From a virus (taxonomy: Duplodnaviria; Caudoviricetes), in IMG/VR virus record IMGVR_UViG_3300025413_000034, positions 1 through 53,327 of that record: a stretch of DNA of 53,327 nucleotides. One strand, 5' to 3'. Below the pieces are notes generated by a model. That model worked only from the letters and a program-made list of their open reading frames with translations, ran no database searches and was not told the DNA's origin. Shown piece after piece: positions 10,121 to 19,617 of the stretch. The translations under genes were made by a program, and so were the position numbers. Position 1 is the first letter of the stretch. Every line of letters starts with the position of its first letter.

Positions 10121-10891
10121 CTATTTAATGGGCCGTATGTATCTCTGGTTAACCGAGGTCTTACCTTTTTTGGTAGTACCGTATTTCTTGCCATAGTGTA
10201 ACTGAGATCCACGGGCAAACTTGTAGAAGGCCTTACGAGCCGTGGCAGAGATAGAACTCTGGTCTGCTACCCCACGAGGCTTAAAGTCCAAATACTTGTA
10301 GATAAATTGGCCTTTAGATACGCGAGCCTTAAATGCAGTCCACTCTGATGGGGTGACTTCGTAGTAGTTGTACAGGGTTCCATCACGGAACATCACTGTG
10401 ATCTTCTCTTCATCTTCATCATAGCCAGCGGCTACTGTACGAGGACGGTTAATATCTGTAGTTGATGTTGGGACAACTGTAAGAGGAGCAGGGGATTCAT
10501 CCTCATCAAGTTGGGCTCCATATGAGCCAGGAATAGTGGGGTTGTCTTCACCCTCTGTAACATCTTCCCATTGTCTCTTGTAGGAAAGTTCTGCAGGAAG
10601 TCCTGCCATGTTGTTATAGGTTGCACCGTTTGTATCGTAGTACTTAACGATGTCTTTCATTCCAATAATTTCTTTAAACTCACCAAACTCGCCAAGAGAA
10701 GAGGCTGTTGGGGCGCTTTGGAACGGATTCTCTACACCAGTCATTTTTGCAATGCCAGCGGTTTGTCGAGAACCAAAACCGTACATAGAGCCTAACTGCT
10801 CTAAGGGGCTGCGTAGTTCCCCAGATGATGGCGTAGCCACACGCGTTTTGCGTGAGGAACTACCACCACCTGAGGGACGACGACTAGGCAT
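10121..10891 (-). CDS. KTSC-domain protein
   Basis: AGYDEDEEKITVMFRDGTLYNYYEV...F....SKGQF matches the KTSC signature. Confidence 0.8.
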   Translation of the reverse strand: MPSRRPSGGGSSSRKTRVATPSSGELRSPLEQLGSMYGFGSRQTAGIAKMTGVENPFQSAPTASSLGEFGEFKEIIGMKDIVKYYDTNGATYNNMAGLPAELSYKRQWEDVTEGEDNPTIPGSYGAQLDEDESPAPLTVVPTSTTDINRPRTVAAGYDEDEEKITVMFRDGTLYNYYEVTPSEWTAFKARVSKGQFIYKYLDFKPRGVADQSSISATARKAFYKFARGSQLHYGKKYGTTKKGKTSVNQRYIRPIK

Positions 10892-10895
10892 TAGA

Positions 10896-11558
10896 TTAGG
10901 ATGCGAAGTATGGTGTGATTGTTACGGTGTCACCGACTGCTGCAGATGTACCTGCTGCAGTACCTTGTGCGTAGATTGTGCCCGCACGAGCAACGACCTT
11001 AGCAGTAACGCCTGTGATACCAGAGTGGGTTGTGATATCTGCGTGTGTTTGTGCCCAACGGATGTTATTAGCATCTGGAACAACGGTGATGGTGTGTGTA
11101 CCATTAAGGTCAGAGTCATTTGATGCTGAACCTGAACCGTTTGTAAGACCAGCGATTGTTACAACATCGCCAACCTTGTATCCGTGAGCAGTTACAGTTA
11201 CAGATGCAACGTTAGATGTAAGTGTAATTGCTGTAAGCGCTGGTGTGAATGCAGCCTGTGGAGATGCAACAAGTTCAGCGTCTAGAAGAGCATCTGTTGC
11301 ATTTGCGGTTGTAAGACCAAGAACGTTTGGAACTACAACATAGTCAACTCCGCCAGATTGAGAACCTGTGGTGTTTGGTGTGTATCCAGGATAGCCATTC
11401 CAGCCATCTTCTGCGATGTTATGTGAATCCAAGGCGTAATTTAACTTAGCACCTGTTGCACGAACATCGTTTGGTTGTAGTGGGAAGTTACCCCACACAA
11501 AATCTACTGCCACGTTTCCCGCTGAATCGAGAAGGTGACCGTCGTTATTAGTAGCCAT
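10896..11558 (-). CDS. Virion protein with interrupted PASTA-like domain
   Basis: VPNVLGLT..NA...L and GTIYAQ..AAGT.....TVTI halves flank a TAHGYKVGDVVTI beta domain. Confidence 0.55.
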   Translation of the reverse strand: MATNNDGHLLDSAGNVAVDFVWGNFPLQPNDVRATGAKLNYALDSHNIAEDGWNGYPGYTPNTTGSQSGGVDYVVVPNVLGLTTANATDALLDAELVASPQAAFTPALTAITLTSNVASVTVTAHGYKVGDVVTIAGLTNGSGSASNDSDLNGTHTITVVPDANNIRWAQTHADITTHSGITGVTAKVVARAGTIYAQGTAAGTSAAVGDTVTITPYFAS

Positions 11559-11790
11559 TTATTTCCTCACAATCATGATTGGTTAGTTCAGCCTCTAGAA
11601 GTACTTCTCCGCAGTCGCGACATCTGAAGAAGCGTGTCTCGTCTAGTGCAACGTGTAGAGAGTCCGCGTGTGAGTCCTCGTATGCCATCCGAGGTTGGGC
11701 TAGAACTTCAGACGGAAACGGTCCTTGAGGGCTGTGCGCTCCTGATGGTACAGCATGTCCCTGTACCGCGAACTTGCGAATGACCTTCAT
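11548..11790 (-). CDS. Hypothetical protein with Zn-ribbon motif
   Basis: CRDC...HDC motif. Confidence 0.55.
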   Translation of the reverse strand: MKVIRKFAVQGHAVPSGAHSPQGPFPSEVLAQPRMAYEDSHADSLHVALDETRFFRCRDCGEVLLEAELTNHDCEEINGY

Positions 11791-12017
11791 TATTCTGAAG
11801 GTGTTGCTGGCGTTGCCTTCTTTGTTTTCGCCTTAGGAGCGAGTGCTTCTGTAGCAGATGCTGCTTCTGTAGCATACTGGTCTGTTGTACGAAGAAGACC
11901 TGCAATCTTACGAGGCTCTAAAAAGCGAGGAAGATGTGGCTCACAGTATGGAATTGACTTCTTTTTGCTGATGTCATAGACATACATCGCATTTGAATCG
12001 CAGTTTGCACACTTCAT
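11790..12017 (-). CDS. Small Zn-binding protein
   Basis: CANC...CEPH motif; coupled start/stop overlaps. Confidence 0.55.
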   Translation of the reverse strand: MKCANCDSNAMYVYDISKKKSIPYCEPHLPRFLEPRKIAGLLRTTDQYATEAASATEALAPKAKTKKATPATPSE

Positions 12018-12349
12018 GGGTATTGCTCCAATCCTAGGCGTACATCATACCCACCAGTCATTGGTCCTGGGCGTGATGGGTCGGGAAACATCCCGTCAAG
12101 TTTTGCTCGTTGTTCAGCAGGAAGATCTGGATGATTTGCTACTGCTTGAGCCCTATTCCAGAACTCTGGAGGATACATCCCAAAATTACGAAGGATCTGT
12201 CCTTGAGTCTTTAAATTAGGATGAGCATTTGAACGAACTGCAAACTCCAAGATTTTACGATCGATAGTAGTAAGCGGTGGAGTCTTCGCATTTACTCCAG
12301 CATTAAAATGCTCGTAAGAATTATCGTCTTTACTTACTTGGCCAGCCAT
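12014..12349 (-). CDS. DUF3263-like protein
   Basis: LTTIDRKILEFA...I...FGM....FW resembles actinobacterial DUF3263. Confidence 0.5.
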   Translation of the reverse strand: MAGQVSKDDNSYEHFNAGVNAKTPPLTTIDRKILEFAVRSNAHPNLKTQGQILRNFGMYPPEFWNRAQAVANHPDLPAEQRAKLDGMFPDPSRPGPMTGGYDVRLGLEQYP

Positions 12350-12351
12350 CG

Positions 12352-12726
12352 TTACTTCTTTTTAGGCATAGTTCCTGGAGCAGTTGGCTTAGCGCCGCGT
12401 GGCTTCACAGGGACAGGGTTAACTTTTGCTCCAGTAATTGGGTGAATTGCTGTTTTGTTCTTAAGTGTTCCTGGCATTGGTGCTCCTGTAGTTGATGGGT
12501 TTATTGGTCCGCGCTTACGATACCCAGGCATTGGTGCCCCAGTGTTTTCTGGAGTAGGCGTTGCTCTGTGTACAACCTGCATCGTAGAGGCTTCGTTTAG
12601 TTTATTCTGCGCATACTTATCGTGCTGTGCACGCATGTTTCGATAACTTGCTCTTTTGGCTCCTGTAAGGACGTCCTCGATCTTATTGACTGCCCAGTCT
12701 CCTGGGTTGATTGATGCGACGCTCAT
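12352..12726 (-). CDS. Basic, proline-rich hypothetical protein
   Basis: Internal repeat TGAPMPG twice. Confidence 0.55.
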   Translation of the reverse strand: MSVASINPGDWAVNKIEDVLTGAKRASYRNMRAQHDKYAQNKLNEASTMQVVHRATPTPENTGAPMPGYRKRGPINPSTTGAPMPGTLKNKTAIHPITGAKVNPVPVKPRGAKPTAPGTMPKKK

Positions 12727-12740
12727 AGGGCTATCTTCCC

Positions 12741-13121
12741 CTAGTTTGTGGCTGGAGTCTCTTTATTTGTTAAATGAGTTTCAATAGTGATGAGTCTTTC
12801 GCCCATCTCAACAAAGGCTTCAAGCATCTTGTCTTGAGTCTCGATGATCTTTTGCTGGTTCTCGTAGAGTCGATCTACGCGATCCTTGACTGTGGTGAAG
12901 CCACCGTTGCGGCTTAACTCGCCATCCATGCGGTTCATGCGCTCCATAATTCCTGGGATAGCGTCACGGCCTGGTTCTTCTGGGGTACCTTCCCAGTCAC
13001 GCTTAAAGCGATCCATCCACTCTGCAAACTCTTTAAACTTCTTATATGCAGGACGCAAGATAACCCCCAAACTGATAAGAGCACCAGTGACAATGCCCAA
13101 AGAGGTAAAGAACGTTGTCAC
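12741..13121 (-). CDS. Membrane protein with N-terminal TM helix (lysis-module associated)
   Basis: Hydrophobic N-terminus, then DWEGTPEEPGRDAIPG and NGG..VKD..DR. Confidence 0.6.
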   Translation of the reverse strand: MTTFFTSLGIVTGALISLGVILRPAYKKFKEFAEWMDRFKRDWEGTPEEPGRDAIPGIMERMNRMDGELSRNGGFTTVKDRVDRLYENQQKIIETQDKMLEAFVEMGERLITIETHLTNKETPATN

Positions 13122-13141
13122 TGGGTCTCTCCTAAACTAAA

Positions 13142-13429
13142 TTACTTGTTGTTAGATGCAATAGTTTTTTCAGCGTCTGTTACTGCAGTTGCTACACCTT
13201 GAGCGACAACAGCCTCTGGGAGACCTGTCTTCTTAGAGATAATGTTAGCAACTGATGCTGGATTCAACTTTGCAAGTGCTGGAGCAACTAGACCTGCTGC
13301 AAGTGCCCAAAGGACTGACTTGTAATCGTGATGGCCTGGTGTCTTCAGAGTGATACCGACGATACCAATTGCAGTACCTGCGGTTGCATATACGTAGTGC
13401 TCAACAAGCACAAGGATCTTCTTATCCAT
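13142..13429 (-). CDS. Putative holin
   Basis: 95 aa with two hydrophobic segments and LAKLNP. Confidence 0.5.
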   Translation of the reverse strand: MDKKILVLVEHYVYATAGTAIGIVGITLKTPGHHDYKSVLWALAAGLVAPALAKLNPASVANIISKKTGLPEAVVAQGVATAVTDAEKTIASNNK

Positions 13430-13449
13430 GGATCTCCTAATGTGTGGGG

Positions 13450-13632
13450 TTAGTTCTTATCCTTGGGGTTACGAAGTCGAAACGTCGCAATCCACAAGAA
13501 TAAGGATATAAGAGTAGCATCGCCAACAACTGTTTTGGCGCTACCTGTAAGGACTAACCATGCTGAGAAAAGACCTACAAAAGTCCAAATCTGGTTAGCA
13601 AGGTCTGCAAATAGGGATTTAAGAAACTTCAT
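13450..13632 (-). CDS. Small two-TM membrane protein
   Basis: 60 aa, hydrophobic, directly downstream of the PA14 protein. Confidence 0.6.
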   Translation of the reverse strand: MKFLKSLFADLANQIWTFVGLFSAWLVLTGSAKTVVGDATLISLFLWIATFRLRNPKDKN

Positions 13633-13634
13633 TA

Positions 13635-16600
13635 TTACCTCTTTCTAAAGCGAGCAACTGCACCAACGGCAACAGTTATTACTAATATCTTTTTGGCTTT
13701 CTTTCTTGTAACAGGAGACATGTCGTTACCGATATTTGCCATTGCGACAAATGCATGGTTAAGTGCTTGTGCGCCAGGTACTGCTGCGATTGCTCCTGTT
13801 ACTGGTGTCTCAATAACTGGAACAGCAACGTCTGGTGCATTGAATGAAGTGCCGCCTGGTTGTCCGATAAATGTGTCCGCAGTAGTAATCGCCTCTGGAG
13901 GAATTGGAAGACCAGATCCTGGAGGTGGTGCAGGAGGAGTTAATTTTCCATCTTCTTGAACAACCTGTGGTGCTGATTGTGTGCCGAAGAATTGGATACC
14001 GCCGTTTTCAACGCCCTTCACGTCTACCTGTACGTGAGGAACAAGCACCTCTGCAGGAGCAGGCTTTGGTATGTCTGTAGGAAGTTGAGCGGCGTTATTT
14101 GGAACAATGCCGATTTCCTTAAATGCTTGAATTGCAGTAGGAGCCAAGTACTTCTCTGGAGCAACTGCAGGAACATATGTTTCTGCTGTAGTATTTGTAG
14201 TCACTACAACAACAGGAGGTGCTGGTGGAGGAGTCGGGGCAGGAGTTGGAGTTTGAGTTTGCTTGGCCGCATCAGCAGCAGCCTTGGCAGCGGCTGCATC
14301 CTGAGCAGCCTTAGCGTCTGCTGCGGCTTTATCAGCAGCCGCTTTATCTGCGGCGGCTTTAGCATCTGACGCTGCTTTATCAGCAGCGGCTTTGTCTGCT
14401 GCAGCCTTATCTGCTGCGGCTTTATCAGCAGCAGCCTTATCAGCAGCATCTTGTGCAGCCTTAGCATCGGCCGCAGCCTTAGCAGCATCTGCTGCAGCCT
14501 GTGCATCTTTAGCGGCTTGAGCAGCCGCAGCATCAGCAGCGGCCTTTGCATCAGCAGCGGCTTGAGCATCTTTTGCTGCTTGTGCTGCTGCGGCCTCTTG
14601 CGCTGCTTTTGCATCGGCTTCTGCTTTTGCAGCAGCGGCATCTGCAGCCGCTTTAGCCTCATCAGCAGCCTTTGCTTCTGCAGCAGCCTGTGCGTCTTTG
14701 GCAGCCTGTGCTGCAGCGGCAGCATCAGCGGCTGCTTTAGCATCTGCAGCGGCTTTAGCGTCGGCTGCTGCTTGTGCATCTTTCAATGCCTGTGCTGCTG
14801 CGGCTTCTTGAGCCGCCTTTGCATCCGCTGCTGCTTGAGCGGCGGATTGTGCATCAGCCGCATCTTTTGCTGCCTGTTCTGCTGCAGCGGCTTGTTGTGC
14901 TGCTAATGCCTCTGCTGCTGCTTTTGCTTCTGCGAGTTGTTTAGCAGCCAGAGCATCCGCCGCTTCTTTGTCTGCTGCTGCTTTGGCCTCTGCAGCCTGT
15001 TGCGCTGCAAGTGCATCTGCTGCGGCTTGAGCGTCAGCGGCTTGTTGTGCGGCTAATGCATCAGCGGCTGCTTTAGCAGCAGCGGCATCTGCTGCTGCTT
15101 TCTTTGCAATCTCATCTTGAATTGTTTGTGTTGATTGAGCAAGAGTCGTTGCTGCTGTGTTGGCAGCCTGTACTGCTGTATCTGCTGCAGCGTTAGCAGT
15201 GTTAGCATCTCGTGTAGCGGTGTTTTGTGCCAAATCTAATACGGTCTGTTGTACTGTAAGGTTTTGTTGTGCTTGTGTGAGGTTTTGCTGTGCAACTGTA
15301 AGGTTTTCTTTAGCAGTTGCTAGATCAGCCTGGGCTTGGTCGTAAGCGACCTGTGCAGCAGCCGTAGCAGCAACGTTATCAGAAGCAGCATGAACAGCAC
15401 TGTTGTAGGCATCCCATGCAGCATTTCGTTCGGCTAACTTTGCATCGTATGCAGCCTGAGCATCTACTACTGCTTGAGCAGTTGTTGGCACCGCTGCTTG
15501 TGCTGTTGTTAACGTCTGAGTTGCTGTGTTAAGAGTTGCTTTAGCGTCTAAAACAGATTGTTTAATGGGGTCAAGTGCAGCAACTGCTGTATTGGCAGCC
15601 TGTACTAATACTGGGTCTTTGGTAGTTGTAGTCGCAGCAAATGCGCTGGCTCCAGGAGTTGTGAAGTACCCAGTGCCATCTGCTTTAGTAATACCCCAAC
15701 CAAGAGTTACTCCAGCACCGCCACCGTTTTCGTAATACCAAATAGTAAGTTGTTGCGTTTGCCCACCAGTTACTGAATAGGTTGGACTATATGGACTCCA
15801 CGTTGGTCCTTGATCTCTCCAGTTGCTTATTGCAAGAGTTCCATCAACGTAAAGTTTTGAGCCGTCGTCTGAGTACACAGCGTACTTGACAGCAGTGGCG
15901 TCTGATGGAACGGTAATTGTTCCATCAAAACGAATGATGACATGGTCTGCTAAACCAGAGTTTAGAACAATACCACTGCCCCAGTTAAAAGCAATGTTAG
16001 GGACTGTAGTAGTAAGAATTGGTGTGGGATTAGCAATAGAAGGAGCAGCACCATTTGTAGCACGATAAACAGTTGCGGTTACTCCATTGGTCGTTGTTGT
16101 AACAGCAGAAGCATTAGCATCCGCCTGTGCTTGTGCAGCGGCATTTGCAGCATCAGTAAGCGCCTGTTCTTGTGTAGCAACTTGAGTTGTTGCTGAATCT
16201 ACGGTTGCTTGAGCAACGGGTACTGCGGAAACTGCTGCGTCTGCTGCTGCTTGGGCTGGAGCAATTTGGTCATGAAGAGGGCCTAATTCAGCATTGGTAT
16301 TGTAAAAGTGAACGCATGCGGAACCTTCTGTACATGCGGCAGCAGCATCAAGGGCTGGTTGTGCATCCTGCGTTGTAATCAAAATTGTGTTAGTAGATGC
16401 AACCGTTGCTGTTGCGCTATCTACCGTAGATTGAGCAATCGTTGTATCTTTAATGGCGTTAGCCACTGTAGCGGATGCTGCGTCTACACCAGCCTGAGCA
16501 ACAGGGACCACCGCTGCTGATGCTTGGGCAGTTGTAAGAGCGGTTGTTGCCGCAGCAATCGCTGTAGTTGCTGTATTAATTGCGGTTGTAGCATCTGCAA

Positions 16601-17309
16601 CAGCCTGTTGAGCCACAGGAAGTTCTGTCACTTTGTTCTGTACATCAGGGATTGCCTGGAGAGTGGTAGTAGAGTTAGTTACCGCAGTCTGCACTGTAGC
16701 CGTTGCTGTATCGATCTTAGAGGAGACAGAGTCCAATGATATGGAAGTCAAAGAAGATGAGGGCGTTGGAGCAGGAGATTGCAAATTATCAACGTGATCG
16801 GATACAACTGTTGAAGGTGTTGAAGACGATGGATCAGGCGTTGGAGCGGGAGCAGGAGTTGACGAAACGGTTGACGAAGAGTTTGTTGAAGAGGAAGAAG
16901 TAGATGAAGAAGATAATGAGTCTGATGTTGGTGTTGGTGTTGGCTGTGATTGCGTCGTTTGGTTTGCTGCGAAGTCTGTGGAAGTAGATGGAGTCGTGGA
17001 TGTGGTTGGTGCTGGTGCTGGCGTTTGTTCTGGTGTTGGCGTTACCTGTGGCGCTTGTGACTGCGCTACTGGTGCGCTATTTGTTGTCGTGGAAGCCGCT
17101 ACAACTGTGGAAGTATCAACAACCGTGGCAACAACAATCGGCAGAGGCGCAACAACGCTCGTTGAATCGGTTGAAGAAGTCTGAGTAGTATCTGCATGTG
17201 CGGAGGTAGCAAAAGATAAGCAGAAGAGCGCTGCTCCTCCACCTAAACTTGCTGTGATGATACGTTTGCGTGAGTCAGATTGTGCTGCGAATGTACGCAG
17301 TGGTTTCAA
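13635..17309 (-). CDS. Large secreted/membrane-anchored PA14-domain protein with Ala/Lys coiled-coil stalk
   Basis: Signal peptide ending AHA; S/T/P linker; PA14 motifs (NIAFNWGSG, SDDGSKLYVDG, YYENGGGA); AAADKAAAD repeats; hydrophobic and basic C-terminus. Confidence 0.8.
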   Translation of the reverse strand: MKPLRTFAAQSDSRKRIITASLGGGAALFCLSFATSAHADTTQTSSTDSTSVVAPLPIVVATVVDTSTVVAASTTTNSAPVAQSQAPQVTPTPEQTPAPAPTTSTTPSTSTDFAANQTTQSQPTPTPTSDSLSSSSTSSSSTNSSSTVSSTPAPAPTPDPSSSTPSTVVSDHVDNLQSPAPTPSSSLTSISLDSVSSKIDTATATVQTAVTNSTTTLQAIPDVQNKVTELPVAQQAVADATTAINTATTAIAAATTALTTAQASAAVVPVAQAGVDAASATVANAIKDTTIAQSTVDSATATVASTNTILITTQDAQPALDAAAACTEGSACVHFYNTNAELGPLHDQIAPAQAAADAAVSAVPVAQATVDSATTQVATQEQALTDAANAAAQAQADANASAVTTTTNGVTATVYRATNGAAPSIANPTPILTTTVPNIAFNWGSGIVLNSGLADHVIIRFDGTITVPSDATAVKYAVYSDDGSKLYVDGTLAISNWRDQGPTWSPYSPTYSVTGGQTQQLTIWYYENGGGAGVTLGWGITKADGTGYFTTPGASAFAATTTTKDPVLVQAANTAVAALDPIKQSVLDAKATLNTATQTLTTAQAAVPTTAQAVVDAQAAYDAKLAERNAAWDAYNSAVHAASDNVAATAAAQVAYDQAQADLATAKENLTVAQQNLTQAQQNLTVQQTVLDLAQNTATRDANTANAAADTAVQAANTAATTLAQSTQTIQDEIAKKAAADAAAAKAAADALAAQQAADAQAAADALAAQQAAEAKAAADKEAADALAAKQLAEAKAAAEALAAQQAAAAEQAAKDAADAQSAAQAAADAKAAQEAAAAQALKDAQAAADAKAAADAKAAADAAAAAQAAKDAQAAAEAKAADEAKAAADAAAAKAEADAKAAQEAAAAQAAKDAQAAADAKAAADAAAAQAAKDAQAAADAAKAAADAKAAQDAADKAAADKAAADKAAADKAAADKAASDAKAAADKAAADKAAADAKAAQDAAAAKAAADAAKQTQTPTPAPTPPPAPPVVVVTTNTTAETYVPAVAPEKYLAPTAIQAFKEIGIVPNNAAQLPTDIPKPAPAEVLVPHVQVDVKGVENGGIQFFGTQSAPQVVQEDGKLTPPAPPPGSGLPIPPEAITTADTFIGQPGGTSFNAPDVAVPVIETPVTGAIAAVPGAQALNHAFVAMANIGNDMSPVTRKKAKKILVITVAVGAVARFRKR

Positions 17310-17343
17310 CTATTCCCCTCGGAACGTTAATGGCCTCGCTAAA

Positions 17344-17550
17344 TTATAGCGGTTTCCAATTCTTATTCACTATAAAGTTTTCCCCTCCAGAGTTAACAGA
17401 TTCGCCTTCAACTCCACGCCCTGGAGAAGACCATGTAACAACTGATGGATTTGCTACAGATTTAATCATTGGTTGAACATACTGAAATTCTTGTTTAATT
17501 CCACGACGTTGATTCACCATTAGAGTTTTACGATTAAGTTGTTTACTCAT
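17344..17550 (-). CDS. Hypothetical protein
   Basis: 68 aa ORF coupled to the upstream gene. Confidence 0.55.
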   Translation of the reverse strand: MSKQLNRKTLMVNQRRGIKQEFQYVQPMIKSVANPSVVTWSSPGRGVEGESVNSGGENFIVNKNWKPL

Positions 17551-17752
17551 TTTCTTCCTTTAAATACTTAATGGGATCGTGTCCTTTAAACTGCTTCTTT
17601 GATAATGGACGTGGACCACCACTTGGGGGAAGTTGCATCAAAGCCCCAATACCTTCAGCGGAGTATTGATGTGTAGCAATCTTATGAGCAGCCTGTTCTT
17701 GATCAGTCCTAATTTGAATGTTTGGTTGTTTGCGTGGTTTGTACTTTGACAT
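17543..17752 (-). CDS. Hypothetical basic protein with internal LSKKQF motif
   Basis: 69 aa; TAATG coupling. Confidence 0.55.
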   Translation of the reverse strand: MSKYKPRKQPNIQIRTDQEQAAHKIATHQYSAEGIGALMQLPPSGGPRPLSKKQFKGHDPIKYLKEENE

Positions 17753-18057
17753 TACGCAGGAGACCCGCCTGCAGCACCTGCTGCACTTGCTGCTGTGCCA
17801 CCTTCACCCATGCCGTTAGCGGTACCAAGACCCATAGAGTCTTCGTGCGCTTCTTGTGCTGGTGTTTCACTTGCTTCATCTGAGGTAGAGGTTACAAGAT
17901 TGCCAGCAGACATAGCACTTGTATAGGCAGGATACATAGTCCATGCATTACCGATTCCTGCATATGCTCCGAGAAGACCTTGACGCATAGCGCGATGGCG
18001 CTTCATTGCCTCAATATCGTGAGCCTTTTCAAACTGCTTGCGACTAAGATTGCTCAT
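17752..18057 (-). CDS. Hypothetical protein with NLSRKQF leader
   Basis: 101 aa; AAGGA RBS. Confidence 0.6.
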   Translation of the reverse strand: MSNLSRKQFEKAHDIEAMKRHRAMRQGLLGAYAGIGNAWTMYPAYTSAMSAGNLVTSTSDEASETPAQEAHEDSMGLGTANGMGEGGTAASAAGAAGGSPA

Positions 18058-18160
18058 TTAAGTTTCCTTGGTTGTAGTTACCGTATTGACCAGCGGGACT
18101 TCCGTACATGCCGTTACTAGCATGCTGGAACTGCATCACAGAAAGATTATTGTTTCCCAT
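18044..18160 (-). CDS. 38-aa ORF with NLSVMQF leader (not in ORF track)
   Basis: Manual translation MGNNNLSVMQFQHASNGMYGSPAGQYGNYNQGNLNEQS*; overlaps both neighbours. Confidence 0.5.
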   Translation of the reverse strand: MGNNNLSVMQFQHASNGMYGSPAGQYGNYNQGNLNEQS

Positions 18161-18353
18161 AGTTGAAAACCCCTTCTGGATCAAAGACTGTGCGAGACTG
18201 TAAAACTAGCGGTGTGCCAATCTCACGAGCGTGGTGACCACAGAAGAGAAGTTCTCCTGAAGTAAGGATCGCTCTAACCTTTGCTTGGGCGCCGCACTTA
18301 TCACACCGATCAAGCGCGGTAAACTCAACCTGCGCTTCAAGGGTAGTTGTCAT
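18147..18353 (-). CDS. Conserved actinobacterial small Zn-binding protein
   Basis: TALDRCDKCGAQA...GELLFCGHH; likely start MTTTLE. Confidence 0.7.
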   Translation of the reverse strand: MTTTLEAQVEFTALDRCDKCGAQAKVRAILTSGELLFCGHHAREIGTPLVLQSRTVFDPEGVFNYGKQ

Positions 18354-18506
18354 GGCTTTAGTTTGCCCTCTTTTTCTTCCCGTGTATGGGCATAATAGGA
18401 CCATAGACGCTTACACAACTAGGTATACCTGCGAACTATGTGGTACTCGTTATGTAGTACCATCGATGGCTCGGCATTGCGAAAAGAAACATATGGAGGA
18501 TGAATA

Positions 18507-18692
18507 ATGGCGGTTTACGAATACTCATGCATTGAATGCGATGTTACGCAAGAGAAAGAGCGTAGCGTTCACGACCCAGAACCAGAATACTTCTGTGAAT
18601 CATGCGGCTACGCTCTTACGAGAGTCTTCTCTCCGTTTGGTCTATCTTTTAAAGGTGGAGGTTTTTACTCCACAGATGGACGTAACGTTTAG
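18507..18692 (+). CDS. FmdB-family zinc ribbon regulatory protein
   Basis: YEYSCIEC...CESCG..L.RVFS....FKGGGFYSTD. Confidence 0.9.
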   Translation: MAVYEYSCIECDVTQEKERSVHDPEPEYFCESCGYALTRVFSPFGLSFKGGGFYSTDGRNV

Positions 18693-19120
18693 TTGTAGTT
18701 AGGATCAATTACTGCTGGAGTTGGTGCCTCAGTTGACACTGGAGCAGCGGCATCTGCAACTGGTGCTGCAGGAGTTGGCGCAACAGCGATAGACCCAGTA
18801 GCAGCAGAGACTGTGATGTCTGCACCTTGCTGACGAGCCTGAACCTGTAGGTCTGCTGCAGTTGTGGCCTGGGTGTCAACAGCAGCAAATGCGGCGTTGA
18901 TCTCATCGAGAGTCAACTTGCCATCATCCATAAATCCACGAGCAAGTTTTTCAACGATTGTTGCGGTGGCTGTTAGACCTGCAACTGTCATAGCCTTAAG
19001 AGTTGAGATGTGGGCGATAGCACCAGCACCGATAACTCCGAGTGCACTTGCTGTAAACGCTGCGACGATACGCATGAGGACGTTCCAGAATAACTTGTAT
19101 GTATCAAAAATCTTTTTCAT
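18689..19120 (-). CDS. Membrane protein (holin-like) with EF-hand-like loop
   Basis: Two hydrophobic helices; DDGKLTLDE. Confidence 0.55.
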   Translation of the reverse strand: MKKIFDTYKLFWNVLMRIVAAFTASALGVIGAGAIAHISTLKAMTVAGLTATATIVEKLARGFMDDGKLTLDEINAAFAAVDTQATTAADLQVQARQQGADITVSAATGSIAVAPTPAAPVADAAAPVSTEAPTPAVIDPNYN

Positions 19121-19145
19121 GAGTATCCCCACGGTAAAGCCTCCC

Positions 19146-19607
19146 CTAGTTTACTTTCTCGGCGTCAATGCCTTCCTTACGATACATTTTAACATTCTTC
19201 TTCTTGTCATCGTAGGCTTTCTTAACCTCAAAATGGGGTAGGACCTGCTCCTCAAGAATCTGCTTCTTGATCTTCTTGTCCTTCTCGTCATTATCGATGG
19301 GGCGCATATACAACTGGTCATACGGCACGCCATGCTTATGGAGCCAGTTCTTGGTATCAGAACGGTAGTGGGCAGACCTAGCGGTCAAGATAATGACATC
19401 TCTACCCTTCTGCTTTGCCTCTTTAGCGAGGGCGACCATGTGAGGAAATGCATCGGCATGATCAGCAGCCTGACGGAACTCATCACTATCGATCTTGTGG
19501 AGGGCTTCGTAGTCCTTGATATCCGCCAGAGTTCCATCTAGGTCAAAGATGACAGCCTTTTTACCGCGCTTATTCTTGCCAGTCTCAAAGGAGTCGTTTT
19601 TATTCAT
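19146..19607 (-). CDS. HAD phosphatase (T4 PNK 3'-phosphatase-like domain)
   Basis: IFDLDGTLA, LTAR, LYMRP...D...K and YDD motifs. Confidence 0.85.
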   Translation of the reverse strand: MNKNDSFETGKNKRGKKAVIFDLDGTLADIKDYEALHKIDSDEFRQAADHADAFPHMVALAKEAKQKGRDVIILTARSAHYRSDTKNWLHKHGVPYDQLYMRPIDNDEKDKKIKKQILEEQVLPHFEVKKAYDDKKKNVKMYRKEGIDAEKVN

Positions 19608-19617
19608 AAGGCTATTA

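Noticed and set aside
14204-15345. Alternative-frame ORFs in the PA14 gene
   Set aside because: Artefacts of low-complexity Ala/Lys codon repeats
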